Assembly: GCA_965214095.1 (NCBI GenBank)
Contig: OZ243938.1
Coordinates: 1,984,001 to 2,048,000, forward strand
DNA from: Candidatus Poribacteria bacterium
GTDB lineage: Bacteria; Poribacteria; WGA-4E; WGA-3G
Length of the DNA stretch: 64,000 nucleotides
Direction of reading: 5' to 3'
Shown: positions 47,076 to 58,132 of the stretch, in pieces
Position numbering within the stretch: the stretch's first letter is position 1
Layout of the letters: each line of letters begins with the position of its first letter
Notes under the pieces: generated by a model
The model's database searches: none
What the model was told of the DNA's origin: nothing
The model's input: only the letters and a program-made list of their open reading frames with translations
Made by a program: the position numbers and the translations under genes

Positions 47076-50036
47076 TTACCTATTTGCAGGTGGTGGTTGA
47101 ATATTCAGTTCCTCAGGTGCTGGAATATCCAGCTCTAAATCCGGCAGTTGTTCAAGTAATTTTTGAAACGGTTCCATATTCTGAATTGGATTTTGGCTTA
47201 CAGCTAAACGGTTTAGATTTGTAAGGTCTTCAATATAGCTAAAATCACTAATTTGATTAGTCGAGAGCACTAATTCATTTAATTTTGTTAATCCACCAAG
47301 CGGCTTTATGTCACTGATTTGGTTGCTGTTAAGATGCAATATCGTCAATTCTGTTAACTCAGTAAGTGGTGTAATGTCAGTAATTCGGTTTCCCCAAATC
47401 CATATCCAAGCCAATTGTTTCATGCCAGCGAGTGGTTTGATGTCACTAATTTCGTTCCTGCCGAGTGCTAAATCTGTCATCTCCGTTAACCCCGCGAGTG
47501 GTTTGATGTCACTGATCTGATTCTTTTGAAGATTCAGTGCCACTAATCCCTTCAATTTAGTGAGTGCGGTAATGCCACTAATCTGATTTTCCCCAAGATA
47601 TAAGTGCGTCAATTGTGTTAGATCCTTGAGTGGTACTATGTCACTGATTTGATTCCGCCAAACCCACAGCTTTGTCAATCGATTTAAATTAGCAAGCGGT
47701 TTTATGTCGGTGATCTGATTTCCGCCAAGGTTTAACTCTACTAACTGTTTCAATTCTGAGAGAGGGGTGATGTTATTGATCTGATTTCTATGAAGTCGTA
47801 ACTTCGTCAACTGCGTTAAGTTTTTGAGCGGTTTTATGTCGGTGATCTGATTAGTATTGAGCCGTAATTCAGACAATTGTGTCAGTCCACCGATTTGGCT
47901 AATATCACTAATCTGATTTCCCCAAAGCAGTAACTTTGATAGCTGTTTCAAGTTAGCAAGTGGTGAAATATCAGCAATCTGATTTCCGGCAAGGTTTAAC
48001 TCCACTAAGTCTGTCAAGTTAGCGAGTGGTGTGATGTCAGTAATCTGATTATCAATGAGGACAATCTCGCTTAATTGAGTCAATCCGGTGAGTGGTGTAA
48101 TGTCACTGATTTCATTGTCACGAGTATATAATTTGGTAAGTTTCGTTAAATTTGCAAGTGGTGTAAGATCACTGATCGGAGTATAGTGTAACCATAGTTC
48201 AGCGAGTTGTGTCAAACTTGCTATAGGTTTCAGATCACTTATCTGGTTTCTTATAATATTTAGTGTCTCTAAGTTTGTTGCATTTTCCAGACCAGTTAAG
48301 TCTTTTATGTTTTTGTTACTTACGTCTAATCTTTTTAGTGTTTTCAACTTCTCTATTGGAATAGGCTCGTTACGTTCAATATTAAGTTCATCTCTTATTG
48401 CGTCTGCTAAATTGACATCAGGAATTGTCGGATCTAATTTTGTTGAACTTGGAAGTTGTACCTTAATATCAGTATTTAAATTTGGATTTTGTTCCAATAG
48501 TTTTTCAAGTGGTTCCATATCTTGAATTGGATTTCCTGTAACACGTAAACGCGTTAAACTTGTCAGGTTTTCAACAGGACTAATATCCTTAATTTGATTG
48601 CCATACATCAATAATTCTGTCAACTTCGTTAATTCTGCGAGCGATTTGATGTCGTTGATCTGATTGGATGCAAGCCATAACTGTGTGAGTTCCGTCAACC
48701 CAGCAATTGGTGTGATGTTGTCAATTTCATTTCCGCTGAGCAATAAACTACGAAGTTTTGTTAGACCTTCAATTGGTTTAATGTCACTGATTCCATTATC
48801 GTAAAGGGATAATGATGTCAACTGTGTCAATCTTGATAAGGTTTTGATGTCGCTGATTTGATTTCCACTGAGGGATAAATATGTTAATTGTGTTAATCCC
48901 GTCAGTGGTGCGATGTCTTGGATCTGATTGCCGGAAAGATCTAGACGCGTCAATTGTGTTAGATTAGCAAGAGGCGTAATGTCAGAAATCTGATTATTTA
49001 AAAGTAATAAGGATGCCAACTGTTTCAAGTTAGCAAGTGGTGTGATGTTGCTAATCTGATTCCTCCAGATGCGCAACCATGTCAACTTCGTCAATCCAGA
49101 AAGTGATGTTATGTCACGAACTTGATTATCCATGAAAGTTAAGTCTGTCAGTTGTGTCAATCCAGCGAGTGGCGTAATGTCGCTGATTTGATTGTCGTCA
49201 AGCCATAATGTTGTAAGTTTGGTTAGTCCAGCAAGCGGGGTAATGTCGTTAATCTGATTTTCTATGAGGTATAACTTTTCCAGTTTCGTTAGTCCAGCAA
49301 GCGGGGTAATGTCATTGATAGGATTTTTCGTGAGGTATAAGTCTGTTAGCATAGTCAATCCAGCAAGCGGGGTAATGTCACTGATTTGACTTTCCCAAAG
49401 CCATAACTTCCTCAATTCTGTCATACCTGAGAATAGTGTTAAGTCGTTGATCAGATTTCCCCCAAGACTTAACTCTCTTAACTGTTTCATTCTTTCAAGC
49501 GGGGTAATGTCATTGAGTGGATTATTCCAAAGATATAATTGCGTCAGTTGCGTCAGTCCAGCAATTGGTTTTATATCACTGATTTGATTATTGTTACACC
49601 ATAGTTCTGTGAGTCTCGTCAAGCCAGCAAGCTGAGTGATGTCATTGATTTGGTTACCAGAAATTGATAGTTTTATGAGTTCAGTTAAGCTTGCCAATGT
49701 CTTGATGTCACTGATTTGATTATTTGTCAGGTATAGTTCTGTCAGTTTTGTTAGGTTTGCAAGGGGTGTAATGTCACTAATTTGATTGTCAGTAAGTTTT
49801 AAAGTCGTTAATCCTGTTGCTTTTTCTATACCTGTTAGGTCTTTTATACCTTTTTTTGTGACATCTAAACTTTCCAATTCTTCCAACTTATTTTGTGGGA
49901 TAGGATCAGTTGGATCTAATCCGAGCACCTCACGCACAGCGATGGCTAAGTTGGCATCCGGTATCGTTACGGCATCACTATATGAAAAACTAAGGGAAGC
50001 TATGAGAATAGTTAGTATAATGCAAAAATACTTCAT
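47076..50036 (-). CDS. secreted internalin-like LRR protein with two cap+LRR modules
   Basis: Signal peptide; TIPDANLA and TIPDVNLA caps, each followed by LRR arrays. Confidence 0.93.
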   Translation of the reverse strand: MKYFCIILTILIASLSFSYSDAVTIPDANLAIAVREVLGLDPTDPIPQNKLEELESLDVTKKGIKDLTGIEKATGLTTLKLTDNQISDITPLANLTKLTELYLTNNQISDIKTLASLTELIKLSISGNQINDITQLAGLTRLTELWCNNNQISDIKPIAGLTQLTQLYLWNNPLNDITPLERMKQLRELSLGGNLINDLTLFSGMTELRKLWLWESQISDITPLAGLTMLTDLYLTKNPINDITPLAGLTKLEKLYLIENQINDITPLAGLTKLTTLWLDDNQISDITPLAGLTQLTDLTFMDNQVRDITSLSGLTKLTWLRIWRNQISNITPLANLKQLASLLLLNNQISDITPLANLTQLTRLDLSGNQIQDIAPLTGLTQLTYLSLSGNQISDIKTLSRLTQLTSLSLYDNGISDIKPIEGLTKLRSLLLSGNEIDNITPIAGLTELTQLWLASNQINDIKSLAELTKLTELLMYGNQIKDISPVENLTSLTRLRVTGNPIQDMEPLEKLLEQNPNLNTDIKVQLPSSTKLDPTIPDVNLADAIRDELNIERNEPIPIEKLKTLKRLDVSNKNIKDLTGLENATNLETLNIIRNQISDLKPIASLTQLAELWLHYTPISDLTPLANLTKLTKLYTRDNEISDITPLTGLTQLSEIVLIDNQITDITPLANLTDLVELNLAGNQIADISPLANLKQLSKLLLWGNQISDISQIGGLTQLSELRLNTNQITDIKPLKNLTQLTKLRLHRNQINNITPLSELKQLVELNLGGNQITDIKPLANLNRLTKLWVWRNQISDIVPLKDLTQLTHLYLGENQISGITALTKLKGLVALNLQKNQISDIKPLAGLTEMTDLALGRNEISDIKPLAGMKQLAWIWIWGNRITDITPLTELTELTILHLNSNQISDIKPLGGLTKLNELVLSTNQISDFSYIEDLTNLNRLAVSQNPIQNMEPFQKLLEQLPDLELDIPAPEELNIQPPPANR

Positions 50037-50047
50037 TTGAACTCCAT

Positions 50048-50147
50048 TATGGTAAATTATTGAATTAATTCTACACATTGATCAGGCGAAGTTAGGAAAC
50101 CTCGCCTACCGTTGATAGAAAGTGTAGATATAATTTGCTTCACCATA
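50048..50147. repeat. MITE/REP family D, single unit
   Basis: Matches the 26300-26474 unit. Confidence 0.8.
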
Positions 50148-50219
50148 AATAACGGGCAGATGCACTCGTTGTAGATAATCGTGTTCTTGAATTACCAACC
50201 AACAAATTGAGGTGATTAA

Positions 50220-50951
50220 TTATTCGCTTGCTTCAATATCCAGTTCTAAATCCTTCCGTTTTTTGAGTAATCCCATGTCCTGAATCGGATTCTCATTGAT
50301 ACGTAAATGCGTTAAACTCGTTAGGTTAACTATAGGTTGAATAGAGTTGATTTGATTCTTATCCAAAGCCAAATGTGTCAACTCCGTCAGTCCACCCATA
50401 GTATCTATGTCTTTAATCTGATTTCCACTAAGCCATAGGTGCGTAATTTGCTTTAAGTTTGCAATTGGACTTATATCACTAAGTTGGTTTCGCCTGATGT
50501 TCAATAACTGCATCTGTGTTAAGTTTGCAAGTGGTGAAATATTGCTAAGTTGATTATCCCAAAGTCCTAATTCAGTGAGTTGCGTTAATTCTGAAATCGG
50601 CGTGATGTCAGTGATACAATTATCGCCAAGTCCTAACTTTGTAAGTTGCGTCAAGTTTGTTAGAGGCGTGATGTCACTAATTTGATTGTCCCAAAACTCT
50701 ATATAATGCAGATTCGTTAATCCTGCAATAGGCGTGATGTCGGTGATTTGATTCTTCTGAAGTTCTAAAACTTTTAGACCAATTGCTTTCTCCAATCCTG
50801 TCAGGTCTTTTATGTTTTTCTCTTCGGCATGAAGTTTCTCTAATTTTTCAAATTTGGTTAGCGGAATAGTTTGATCCGAATTCAAACCGAGTGCTTCTCG
50901 TACTGCTGTGAATAGGTTCTTATCGGGTATTGTTACAATAGTATCAGGCAT
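50220..50951 (-). CDS. short internalin-like LRR protein (no signal peptide)
   Basis: TIPDKNL cap + LRRs. Confidence 0.88.
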   Translation of the reverse strand: MPDTIVTIPDKNLFTAVREALGLNSDQTIPLTKFEKLEKLHAEEKNIKDLTGLEKAIGLKVLELQKNQITDITPIAGLTNLHYIEFWDNQISDITPLTNLTQLTKLGLGDNCITDITPISELTQLTELGLWDNQLSNISPLANLTQMQLLNIRRNQLSDISPIANLKQITHLWLSGNQIKDIDTMGGLTELTHLALDKNQINSIQPIVNLTSLTHLRINENPIQDMGLLKKRKDLELDIEASE

Positions 50952-50962
50952 AACGTTATGCG

Positions 50963-50990
50963 ATGGGTACTACTAAAAAGTAGTACCCAT
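50963..50990 (-). terminator. hairpin after the DUF1553 gene
   Basis: ATGGGTACTACT-AAAA-AGTAGTACCCAT. Confidence 0.6.
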
Positions 50991-50999
50991 TAAGTTTTA

Positions 51000-53900
51000 T
51001 TACCCCTTATTCAAGACTTCGTCAAGATTGAGGATAAGGTTTGCGATCATTGTCCATGTAGCGACTTCAATCGGGTCTAATTTTTCATCAGGTTTGGATT
51101 CTCCAACGGCAATGAGTTCTTTGGCAGCTTCTGGATTTGCCTTCAATTCTTCAGCGTGAACCTTCATCGTATCAAGGATAAGTGTTGCTTCCGTAGCCTT
51201 CGGTTCGCGTGCGGTTGCCATCTCAAACATATATGCGATTCGTTCCTCAGGTGTATTGCCACCCAACTTAATCGTGCGTTCAGCGAAAACACGTGCCGCT
51301 TCAAAGAACTGCGGATCGTTCATCAACATCAACGCTTGCATTGGCGTGTTTGTGCGTTCACGACGGATAGTGCATGCCTCACGTGATGGTGCGTCCAAAA
51401 TGTTCATTTGCGGTGGTGGTGCTGTTCGCTTCCAGAACGTGTAAAGGCTCCTACGATATATCTTATCAGCACCAGCATCTTTCCTGAAGGTATCCGTATT
51501 AGATCCAGTAAACCCGACTGCTTTCCATAATCCACCCGGTTGCGGGGGTTTGACGCTTGGTCCACCGATCTTTTTGAACATCAACCCACTAAGAGCAAGT
51601 GCGTTGTCACGAACGATCTCAGCATCAAACCGATACCTTGGACCGCGTGAGAGCAACACATTATCCGCATCAAGTTCCAGCTTTTCAGGTGTAACCTTTG
51701 AACTCTGTCGGTATGTTGCAGAGGTGAGCATCAGTTTCTGCATAGCTTGCACATCCCAACCAGAAGCAATAAATTCGGTTGCGAGCCAATCAAGTAGTTC
51801 CGGATGCACTGGTGGCGTGCCTTGTGTTCCAAAGTCCTCTGATGTTCTGACAATACCTGTTCCAAAAACATGTTGCCAGAAACGGTTGATCGTGACACGA
51901 GCCGTGAGAGGGTGATTTGGTGAGACTAACCATTTTGCCAATGATAGTCTATTGGGTGGTGCACCTCTTACCATCGGTGGGAGCACAGCAGGGGTCTGTG
52001 GATAGACCTGTTCGCCTCTGTGTTCATACGCACCGCGTTCCAACACATAAGCACCACGTGGTTCTGAACGTTCTTGCATAACCAATGTTGTAGTGAACGA
52101 ATTGTTCAAGGAATTCCGCTTGTTTTGCGTATCAGAAATGTCGGCGTAAAGTTTCTTCAAATCCTTATCTGTTGTAACATTCCGACGGTAGTATTCGCGT
52201 ATTTGCGTCTGTTGATCTCCGTTGCGTTGTCCTCTATCAATAGCAATGGTGTCTACGATATTTGCTGTAACCATTGGGGTATCGGATTCCATACGGAAGT
52301 AGAATCCAGACGGACCGGAATAGTTGACAACCTTCAAGAGCAAAGCATTGTTGCCTGGGTTAAGTTGAATTTGCACCTTCTCAGTATCTGGCGCAGCATC
52401 ACGTTGGATATTGTTTGCAAGCACTTCCATCTGATTTACCCACACCTTCAACGCATCATTACTACTGAGGTATAACGTTGCTTTCTGTTTGGTTTCTGAG
52501 GAGATGTTACGATAGAGATAGGTTGCACTATTTTCCCCAACGATGTCATTATGCACCTCTCCATCTGTCCAATGTGTCTGCTGTTTCCATGTCAACTCCT
52601 GTGAATCGACACTGAATTTATCACTAGTGTTGACAGGTTTGGTTTCTGGTTCATACACATTATAGAAGGCGACGTTGCCGTGTTCAGCAGTGAATGGACC
52701 GACCGAATGCCATGTTGAAATGCCAACTTTAGAACCGATAGGATAGATTGTTGGTGCATTTGTGACAGCGAGTCTGAACCGACCAAAATGGTGTTTCGCG
52801 TGTTCAGATTCATGCTTGAGTCGGATTCTTACTAACCCACCTTCCGTGCCAAATGGATTGGAAACGAGGAAAATCGCTTGTCGACTGCTTCCACGATTAT
52901 TGTTGCTTTCTAATCCCCAACCAGTTTCAAGTTTATCGTCAATTACATTTGCAATGACGAAGTCGCTACCTGCCTGCTCTTTGTCTGCCCAAGCTTTGAC
53001 GATGGGAACTGCTGTCCAAGGGTCTTTTTCCTCCACTGGTTCAGCTGCATCTTCAGATGTTTCCTCAGTATCTTTGGTTTCATCTGTTTCTGGTGTTGTA
53101 ACTTCCTCAGCAGTCTCTGCTCCTTCAATTTCAGGAGGAGCCTCTTCCCCTTCAGTTTCAGGAGGAGCCTCTTCCCCTTCAGTTTCAGGAGGCGTGTCGG
53201 CATTTTCTGTTGGTGTCTCTTCAGCAGGTTTGTTAGCATTTTCTGTTGTCTCTTCAGCAGGTTTGTCAGCAGTTTCCTCTTCATCGGTTGCTGCTGCATT
53301 TTCTGGAGTCTCTTCAGCAGTATCCGCTTCTTCGCCTGCTTCTTCTGCAGCCTTAGCTTCTTCTGCAGCCTTAGCTTCTTCTGCAGCCTTAGCTTCCTCG
53401 GCTGCCTTTTTTGCTTCTTCGGCTGCTTTCTTTATTGCTTCAGCTGCCATCTTTGCTGCTTCCTGCGCCTCAGTAAGCATCTGTTCTGACATATCAGCAG
53501 GTAAGATGTCGACAGAAAATCCTGATAAAACCACATTGCTATTGTCTGATCTTCCGATACCACTTCCGGGTAAGGCTTTGTCTGGAATCCCTTCTAACCG
53601 TATAGCACTCCATTTTCCTTGAGGTAGTTTTGCGATAACTTCATATACCTCTTTGTCTGGATTTGTGCCGCTTGCTAAAACTGAATTATCGTCCTGTATT
53701 GCGAGTGTCGCGCCACCTTGTGATAGCACTACCTCTGGTTTGATAGTTGTCCATCGCGGCATTCTGTTTTCCCAAGCGGTTTGTGCAGCGTCTATATGTG
53801 GTATTGATCCCTTACTCTGTGCGTCTAATTCTTTGATTTTGTCGTCATATTTTGCGAGTTGTGCTTGCTGCTCTGACGTTGGTAACTTCACAACTGGGGG

Positions 53901-55058
53901 AGAATCTTTTCGATTGCCATCCATCGCATTTTCAGTGATATTGTTGAAATATGCGTAGAGTTGATAGTATTCCTTCTGCGAAATCGGATCGTATTTATGG
54001 TCGTGGCATTGTGCACAACCCGCAGTCAATCCCATCCAAACGGTTGCGGTTGTATTTGCTCTGTCAACTGCATATCGGACGTAGTATTCTTCAGCGATTG
54101 AGCCACCTTCACTTGTTGTAACGTGGCATCTGTTGAAACCTGTAGCAACCTGTTGCTCTACCGTCGGTTCGTGCAAGAGATCTCCTGCCAACTGTTCCAC
54201 GGTAAACTGGTCGAAAGGCATGTGATTGGTGAAGGCGTTTATAACCCAATCTCTGTAGGGCCACATCTCACGGTAGTTGTCCAAATGTAGCCCGTGTGTA
54301 TCGCCATAACGCGCGACATCCAACCAGAAACGTGTCATGTGTTCGCCGTATTCAGGCTTCGCCATGTAGGTATCAATCAGTTTATCGTAAGCATTGGGAG
54401 AATCGTCATTTAGGAATAGATGTATCTCATCAAGGGTCGGTGGTAGACCTGTAAGGTCAAAACTTAAGCGTCTGATGAGTGTGCGTTTGTCTGCTTCTTT
54501 CGCAGGTCGAAGTCCTTCTTTTTCAAGACGTGAGAGAATGAATGCATCAACTGGGTTTCGGACCCAATCTGCTTTTTTGACTTTGGGTGGTGTTGGTTGA
54601 ACAGGTGTTGTAAATGCCCAATGTTCTTCCCATTTTGCGCCATCTGTAATCCATTGCTTGATTGCTTCAATTTGCTCTGGTGTTAGCGTTTTATTGAAAT
54701 TCGCTGGTGGCATCTGATAGTTATCGTCTTCAGATATTATGCGTAGGTAGAGTTCGCTCTCATCTGGTTTTTTGGGGACGATAATCGGATATCCACTCGG
54801 TTCGGAAAACGCGCCTTCTTTTGTATCAAGTCGCAGATTTGCCTGTCTGGTCTTCTCGTCGGGACCGTGGCATGCGAAACAGTTATTTGATAGGATAGGA
54901 CGGATATCTTGGGTATAATCAACGGTCGTTTGTGCGGTCTCGTGGTTATCTGCGGATGCAAGGGGTACCCCTAACATCAAGATGCACAAACAGATTAACA
55001 ATGCAGTTAGTGGAACAGAACTTTTAGCACTTTTCACTGGTATCTTCTCCCTTTTCAA
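51000..55058 (-). CDS. Planctomycete-type cytochrome c + DUF1549 + DUF1553 (PSD1) protein with acidic low-complexity insert
   Basis: [56 protein letters not shown]. Confidence 0.93.
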   Translation of the reverse strand: MKREKIPVKSAKSSVPLTALLICLCILMLGVPLASADNHETAQTTVDYTQDIRPILSNNCFACHGPDEKTRQANLRLDTKEGAFSEPSGYPIIVPKKPDESELYLRIISEDDNYQMPPANFNKTLTPEQIEAIKQWITDGAKWEEHWAFTTPVQPTPPKVKKADWVRNPVDAFILSRLEKEGLRPAKEADKRTLIRRLSFDLTGLPPTLDEIHLFLNDDSPNAYDKLIDTYMAKPEYGEHMTRFWLDVARYGDTHGLHLDNYREMWPYRDWVINAFTNHMPFDQFTVEQLAGDLLHEPTVEQQVATGFNRCHVTTSEGGSIAEEYYVRYAVDRANTTATVWMGLTAGCAQCHDHKYDPISQKEYYQLYAYFNNITENAMDGNRKDSPPVVKLPTSEQQAQLAKYDDKIKELDAQSKGSIPHIDAAQTAWENRMPRWTTIKPEVVLSQGGATLAIQDDNSVLASGTNPDKEVYEVIAKLPQGKWSAIRLEGIPDKALPGSGIGRSDNSNVVLSGFSVDILPADMSEQMLTEAQEAAKMAAEAIKKAAEEAKKAAEEAKAAEEAKAAEEAKAAEEAGEEADTAEETPENAAATDEEETADKPAEETTENANKPAEETPTENADTPPETEGEEAPPETEGEEAPPEIEGAETAEEVTTPETDETKDTEETSEDAAEPVEEKDPWTAVPIVKAWADKEQAGSDFVIANVIDDKLETGWGLESNNNRGSSRQAIFLVSNPFGTEGGLVRIRLKHESEHAKHHFGRFRLAVTNAPTIYPIGSKVGISTWHSVGPFTAEHGNVAFYNVYEPETKPVNTSDKFSVDSQELTWKQQTHWTDGEVHNDIVGENSATYLYRNISSETKQKATLYLSSNDALKVWVNQMEVLANNIQRDAAPDTEKVQIQLNPGNNALLLKVVNYSGPSGFYFRMESDTPMVTANIVDTIAIDRGQRNGDQQTQIREYYRRNVTTDKDLKKLYADISDTQNKRNSLNNSFTTTLVMQERSEPRGAYVLERGAYEHRGEQVYPQTPAVLPPMVRGAPPNRLSLAKWLVSPNHPLTARVTINRFWQHVFGTGIVRTSEDFGTQGTPPVHPELLDWLATEFIASGWDVQAMQKLMLTSATYRQSSKVTPEKLELDADNVLLSRGPRYRFDAEIVRDNALALSGLMFKKIGGPSVKPPQPGGLWKAVGFTGSNTDTFRKDAGADKIYRRSLYTFWKRTAPPPQMNILDAPSREACTIRRERTNTPMQALMLMNDPQFFEAARVFAERTIKLGGNTPEERIAYMFEMATAREPKATEATLILDTMKVHAEELKANPEAAKELIAVGESKPDEKLDPIEVATWTMIANLILNLDEVLNKG

Positions 55059-55241
55059 TTTGGTTTAGATGCACAAGTTTTCTATGACGAAATGTTATGT
55101 TATGTAACGTTACGACAATCATAAAGTTTAAAAGTGGTTATGCAATTTTAAGGTGTAATAGGTTTTGTTGTCAATACTTTTTTGAATTGAGATATAGTTT
55201 CAGTTGAGAATGTATCAAAATCATGGTAGAATCATAATCAA

Positions 55242-55595
55242 ATCGCTTATGATGATGTTCTAAGCGGCACACCAGATTATTTTATTTCAACCCGTTCTGA
55301 ATTGGGCAAACTTGTTGTCGGTACGCCGTTGATAATATTAGTTGAAGCAAAGAAGAACGATTTTGAGATTGGTTGGGGACAATGTCTGGCAGAATTAGTC
55401 GCCGCTCAAAAGATAAATGGGAATCCGGAACATCCAGTGTTCGGTATTGTTAGTGACTGAACACTCTGGCAGATTGGACACCTTGTTGGTGAAACCTTTA
55501 CCCAAAATCGTACAAGTTTTAGAGTGGATAATCTGCCTGTCCTATTTAGTGCTATTGATTCTGTCTTTAAAGCGGCAAAAAATTCAGTTCAGTAA
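55242..55595 (+). pseudogene. PD-(D/E)xK restriction-endonuclease-like protein fragment
   Basis: Manual translation LSGTPDY...LVEAKKNDF..GWGQCLAEL..FGIVSD*TLW; in-frame TGA at 55458; no start codon. Confidence 0.7.
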
Positions 55596-55624
55596 TCATT
55601 TTTACCGATTTGTGTAAAATCTAT

Positions 55625-56368
55625 CTATTCCCCTGCAACCTTCTCAAAAATAATCACATGCTGCCACGGCAGGTCATCATGTGTTGCTACCCAAGACAAC
55701 GGGTGCGGTGTTGCCTCTTTCATCACCTGTAACTGACTCATCTTGTGTAAACGTTTAATAGGCACATTGTCATCTTCCAAACGGTACTCAACAAATACTA
55801 CCCTACCACCTACTCTGAGTGCACTACAGATATTCTGCATCATCTGATATGGATGTGAAAATTCGTGGTAGACATCCACCATAATGACAAGGTCAACCGA
55901 ATTGGGAGGCAACTTCGGATCGGTAATTGTACCTAACACTCCTGTGATGTTAGTAATACCTTCTTCAGCCATTTTGTCGGCAAGAATGTCAAGCATCTCC
56001 TGCTGAATCTCGACACCGTAAACGACACCAGTATTGCCGATTTTTTGTGAAATGCGTCTGGCAATGTACCCTGTGCCTACACCAATATCCGCAACAATAT
56101 CACCCTCTTTTAGATTGAGTAGTTCTATGAGTTTATTCGGCATCTCTTCGCGTTCACGCTCAGGACGTTCTAACCAACCTGCAGCGAGATGACCCATCAC
56201 TTGCGATATTTCGCGCCCCATATAGATTTTGCCAATACCATCTCGGTGTGGCGTACGTTGTTCATAGCGCGTACTCGTTGGGCGTTGCGGGTTATCAGCA
56301 GTTGTGGCATAACCCAACAGAAGAAGCATGCCAAAAATGCTTACCATAACATAAAGGTTTTTACACAT
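55625..56368 (-). CDS. class I SAM-dependent methyltransferase, exported
   Basis: VADIGVGTGY, VDVYHEF, LPWQH. Confidence 0.9.
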   Translation of the reverse strand: MCKNLYVMVSIFGMLLLLGYATTADNPQRPTSTRYEQRTPHRDGIGKIYMGREISQVMGHLAAGWLERPEREREEMPNKLIELLNLKEGDIVADIGVGTGYIARRISQKIGNTGVVYGVEIQQEMLDILADKMAEEGITNITGVLGTITDPKLPPNSVDLVIMVDVYHEFSHPYQMMQNICSALRVGGRVVFVEYRLEDDNVPIKRLHKMSQLQVMKEATPHPLSWVATHDDLPWQHVIIFEKVAGE

Positions 56369-56406
56369 TGATTTGATCTCCTATATCTAATATTAGTTTG
56401 ATTCTT

Positions 56407-56754
56407 TTAAGTTCTAGCAGGCGGCAGCAGCATAAGTAATCCCCGATTAGGATCTTTCGTAAATCTTCTGATATCCGAGTAATGATTTCTCAAACTGTCT
56501 TCAACAGCACTTGTTGGACAATTCCCCAGTCGAAGCCAAATGACTTTTGGAGGATGGCCGTGAACAATACTTCTGTTACTGAAGTCTGCGTCCTTTGATA
56601 CAATTAGATGGTTATTTTTACGGGCGTAATCCCATAACTCAGTATCCGCTGCCGTATTCAGTCCAATCGTTTTGGCATGAATGGAATTGGGAAATAAGTC
56701 CGACAACCGCGTCACGAGCTGATCAGATAGATTCTGATCAAATAGAAGTTTCAT
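56407..56754 (-). CDS. DUF5615 PIN-like (VapC45-type) toxin
   Basis: MKLLFDQNLS, IVSKDADF, PPKVIWLRLGN. Confidence 0.88.
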   Translation of the reverse strand: MKLLFDQNLSDQLVTRLSDLFPNSIHAKTIGLNTAADTELWDYARKNNHLIVSKDADFSNRSIVHGHPPKVIWLRLGNCPTSAVEDSLRNHYSDIRRFTKDPNRGLLMLLPPART

Positions 56755-56980
56755 TCTTGTAAACGACCATTTGGGATTTTTCCTTGTCCGCGGCATACGC
56801 AAAACAGGCGCGAATGTCGGTCTCGGTTAATTCGGGGAAATCATTAAGAACTTCAGCTACTGTCATCCCTGATGCCAGATACTCAAAGACATCGTAAACA
56901 GTGATCCGCATTCCACGAATACACGGTTGTCCGCTGCGTTTGCCATGTTCAATAGTAATAATATCTCTGTAGTTGTTCAT
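56738..56980 (-). CDS. DUF433 antitoxin
   Basis: GKRSGQPCIRGMRITV..L..GM..E.L.DFPEL...DI.AC..YAA. Confidence 0.92.
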   Translation of the reverse strand: MNNYRDIITIEHGKRSGQPCIRGMRITVYDVFEYLASGMTVAEVLNDFPELTETDIRACFAYAADKEKSQMVVYKNETSI

Positions 56981-57047
56981 TGCTGCACCTTCTAAGTATG
57001 GTTCCTTACACTTTCTCAGAGCATCTCTACAAGAGAGATCCAATAGT

Positions 57048-58091
57048 TTACCACCTTCCGAGGTAGAGACCTCGATTCTCCATCGGTATCGGCACACGCA
57101 TGCCTTTCTGACGTTGCGAGTCCACAATTGCGAAGACCATTTCGGTGCTCCGATGTGCAAGTTGAATGTTGCCTTGTGTTTCCGTATCTGTGTCAATTGC
57201 TTCAACAATGTCCTCAATACATCCTACGGTACCGCTTTTCCGCTCAAAAACAGGGAATTGTGTGTCTAATACTTCATTGAACTGCCCTTGACGTTTGCGT
57301 AGTTGAAAACCGAGTCCATTGTTGAGAGAACGGACTGTGCCTTCACTACAATTCACCTCAAATTCATAAGCGGTTCCGAGAATACTGATGCCGTGGATGC
57401 CGTTCTTAAAACGGATGTAACCCATCACGATTCCTGGATCCGAATCGGTTTGATTATCCTCAAAGTCGGCATCATCAACAGCGACATTGCCTTGGACGTA
57501 TTCTATCTCTGAATCGCTTGCCAAAAAGAGGATTAGGTCAGCAGCATGAGTATATCCCCATAAAGCGGAACCTCCCGTATAGGAGATGATAGAACGTCGG
57601 TCTCCTATTTCTCCACTTTCAAGGATTTCACGCATTTTTATGTATCCGGGTGTAAAGCGACGTTGTGTGCCGAGATTGAATTTGATGTTGTATTTTTCGC
57701 ACACATCAAGCATAGCGTCTGCCTCTTCCATAGAGGCACAAAGCGGTTTGTCGCAATAGATGCCTTTCACACCATTTTCTGCAGCAAATTCTGTGATTTC
57801 TGCATGGTTCCCCGGACGCGTGGCAATACTGATGATATCCGGTTTTTCCTGTGTTATCATCTCTTGATAGTCAAGATAGTATTTCGGAATGTCCCACTTA
57901 TCGCAAACATATTTTGCTTTATCTTCAACTACATCTGCCCCTGCGACAATTGTAGTTCGTTCATACGCGGTATAACCGGCTGCATGTGAATATGGTAACG
58001 CGCCGTGGGGTGATCCTTGAACTTCTTCATCTATCGTGCCACCCATCCTTCCACAGCCGATAATACAGACGCGGTATTGTGTGGTTTCCAT
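57048..58091 (-). CDS. Gfo/Idh/MocA oxidoreductase
   Basis: IIGCGRMG, IYCDKPL. Confidence 0.9.
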   Translation of the reverse strand: METTQYRVCIIGCGRMGGTIDEEVQGSPHGALPYSHAAGYTAYERTTIVAGADVVEDKAKYVCDKWDIPKYYLDYQEMITQEKPDIISIATRPGNHAEITEFAAENGVKGIYCDKPLCASMEEADAMLDVCEKYNIKFNLGTQRRFTPGYIKMREILESGEIGDRRSIISYTGGSALWGYTHAADLILFLASDSEIEYVQGNVAVDDADFEDNQTDSDPGIVMGYIRFKNGIHGISILGTAYEFEVNCSEGTVRSLNNGLGFQLRKRQGQFNEVLDTQFPVFERKSGTVGCIEDIVEAIDTDTETQGNIQLAHRSTEMVFAIVDSQRQKGMRVPIPMENRGLYLGRW

Positions 58092-58132
58092 AGCTTTCCT
58101 CCATAAATCTGTCTCTGATGCAACTTATCCTG

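Noticed and set aside
41843-50951. DGR or shufflon-type diversification of LRR genes
   Set aside because: No reverse transcriptase or recombinase in the window and no TR/VR pair seen; the repeats are ordinary 66-bp LRR codon repeats
52762-53622. 286-aa Ser/Ala-rich + strand ORF
   Set aside because: Antisense shadow of the Glu/Ala-rich insert of the DUF1553 gene
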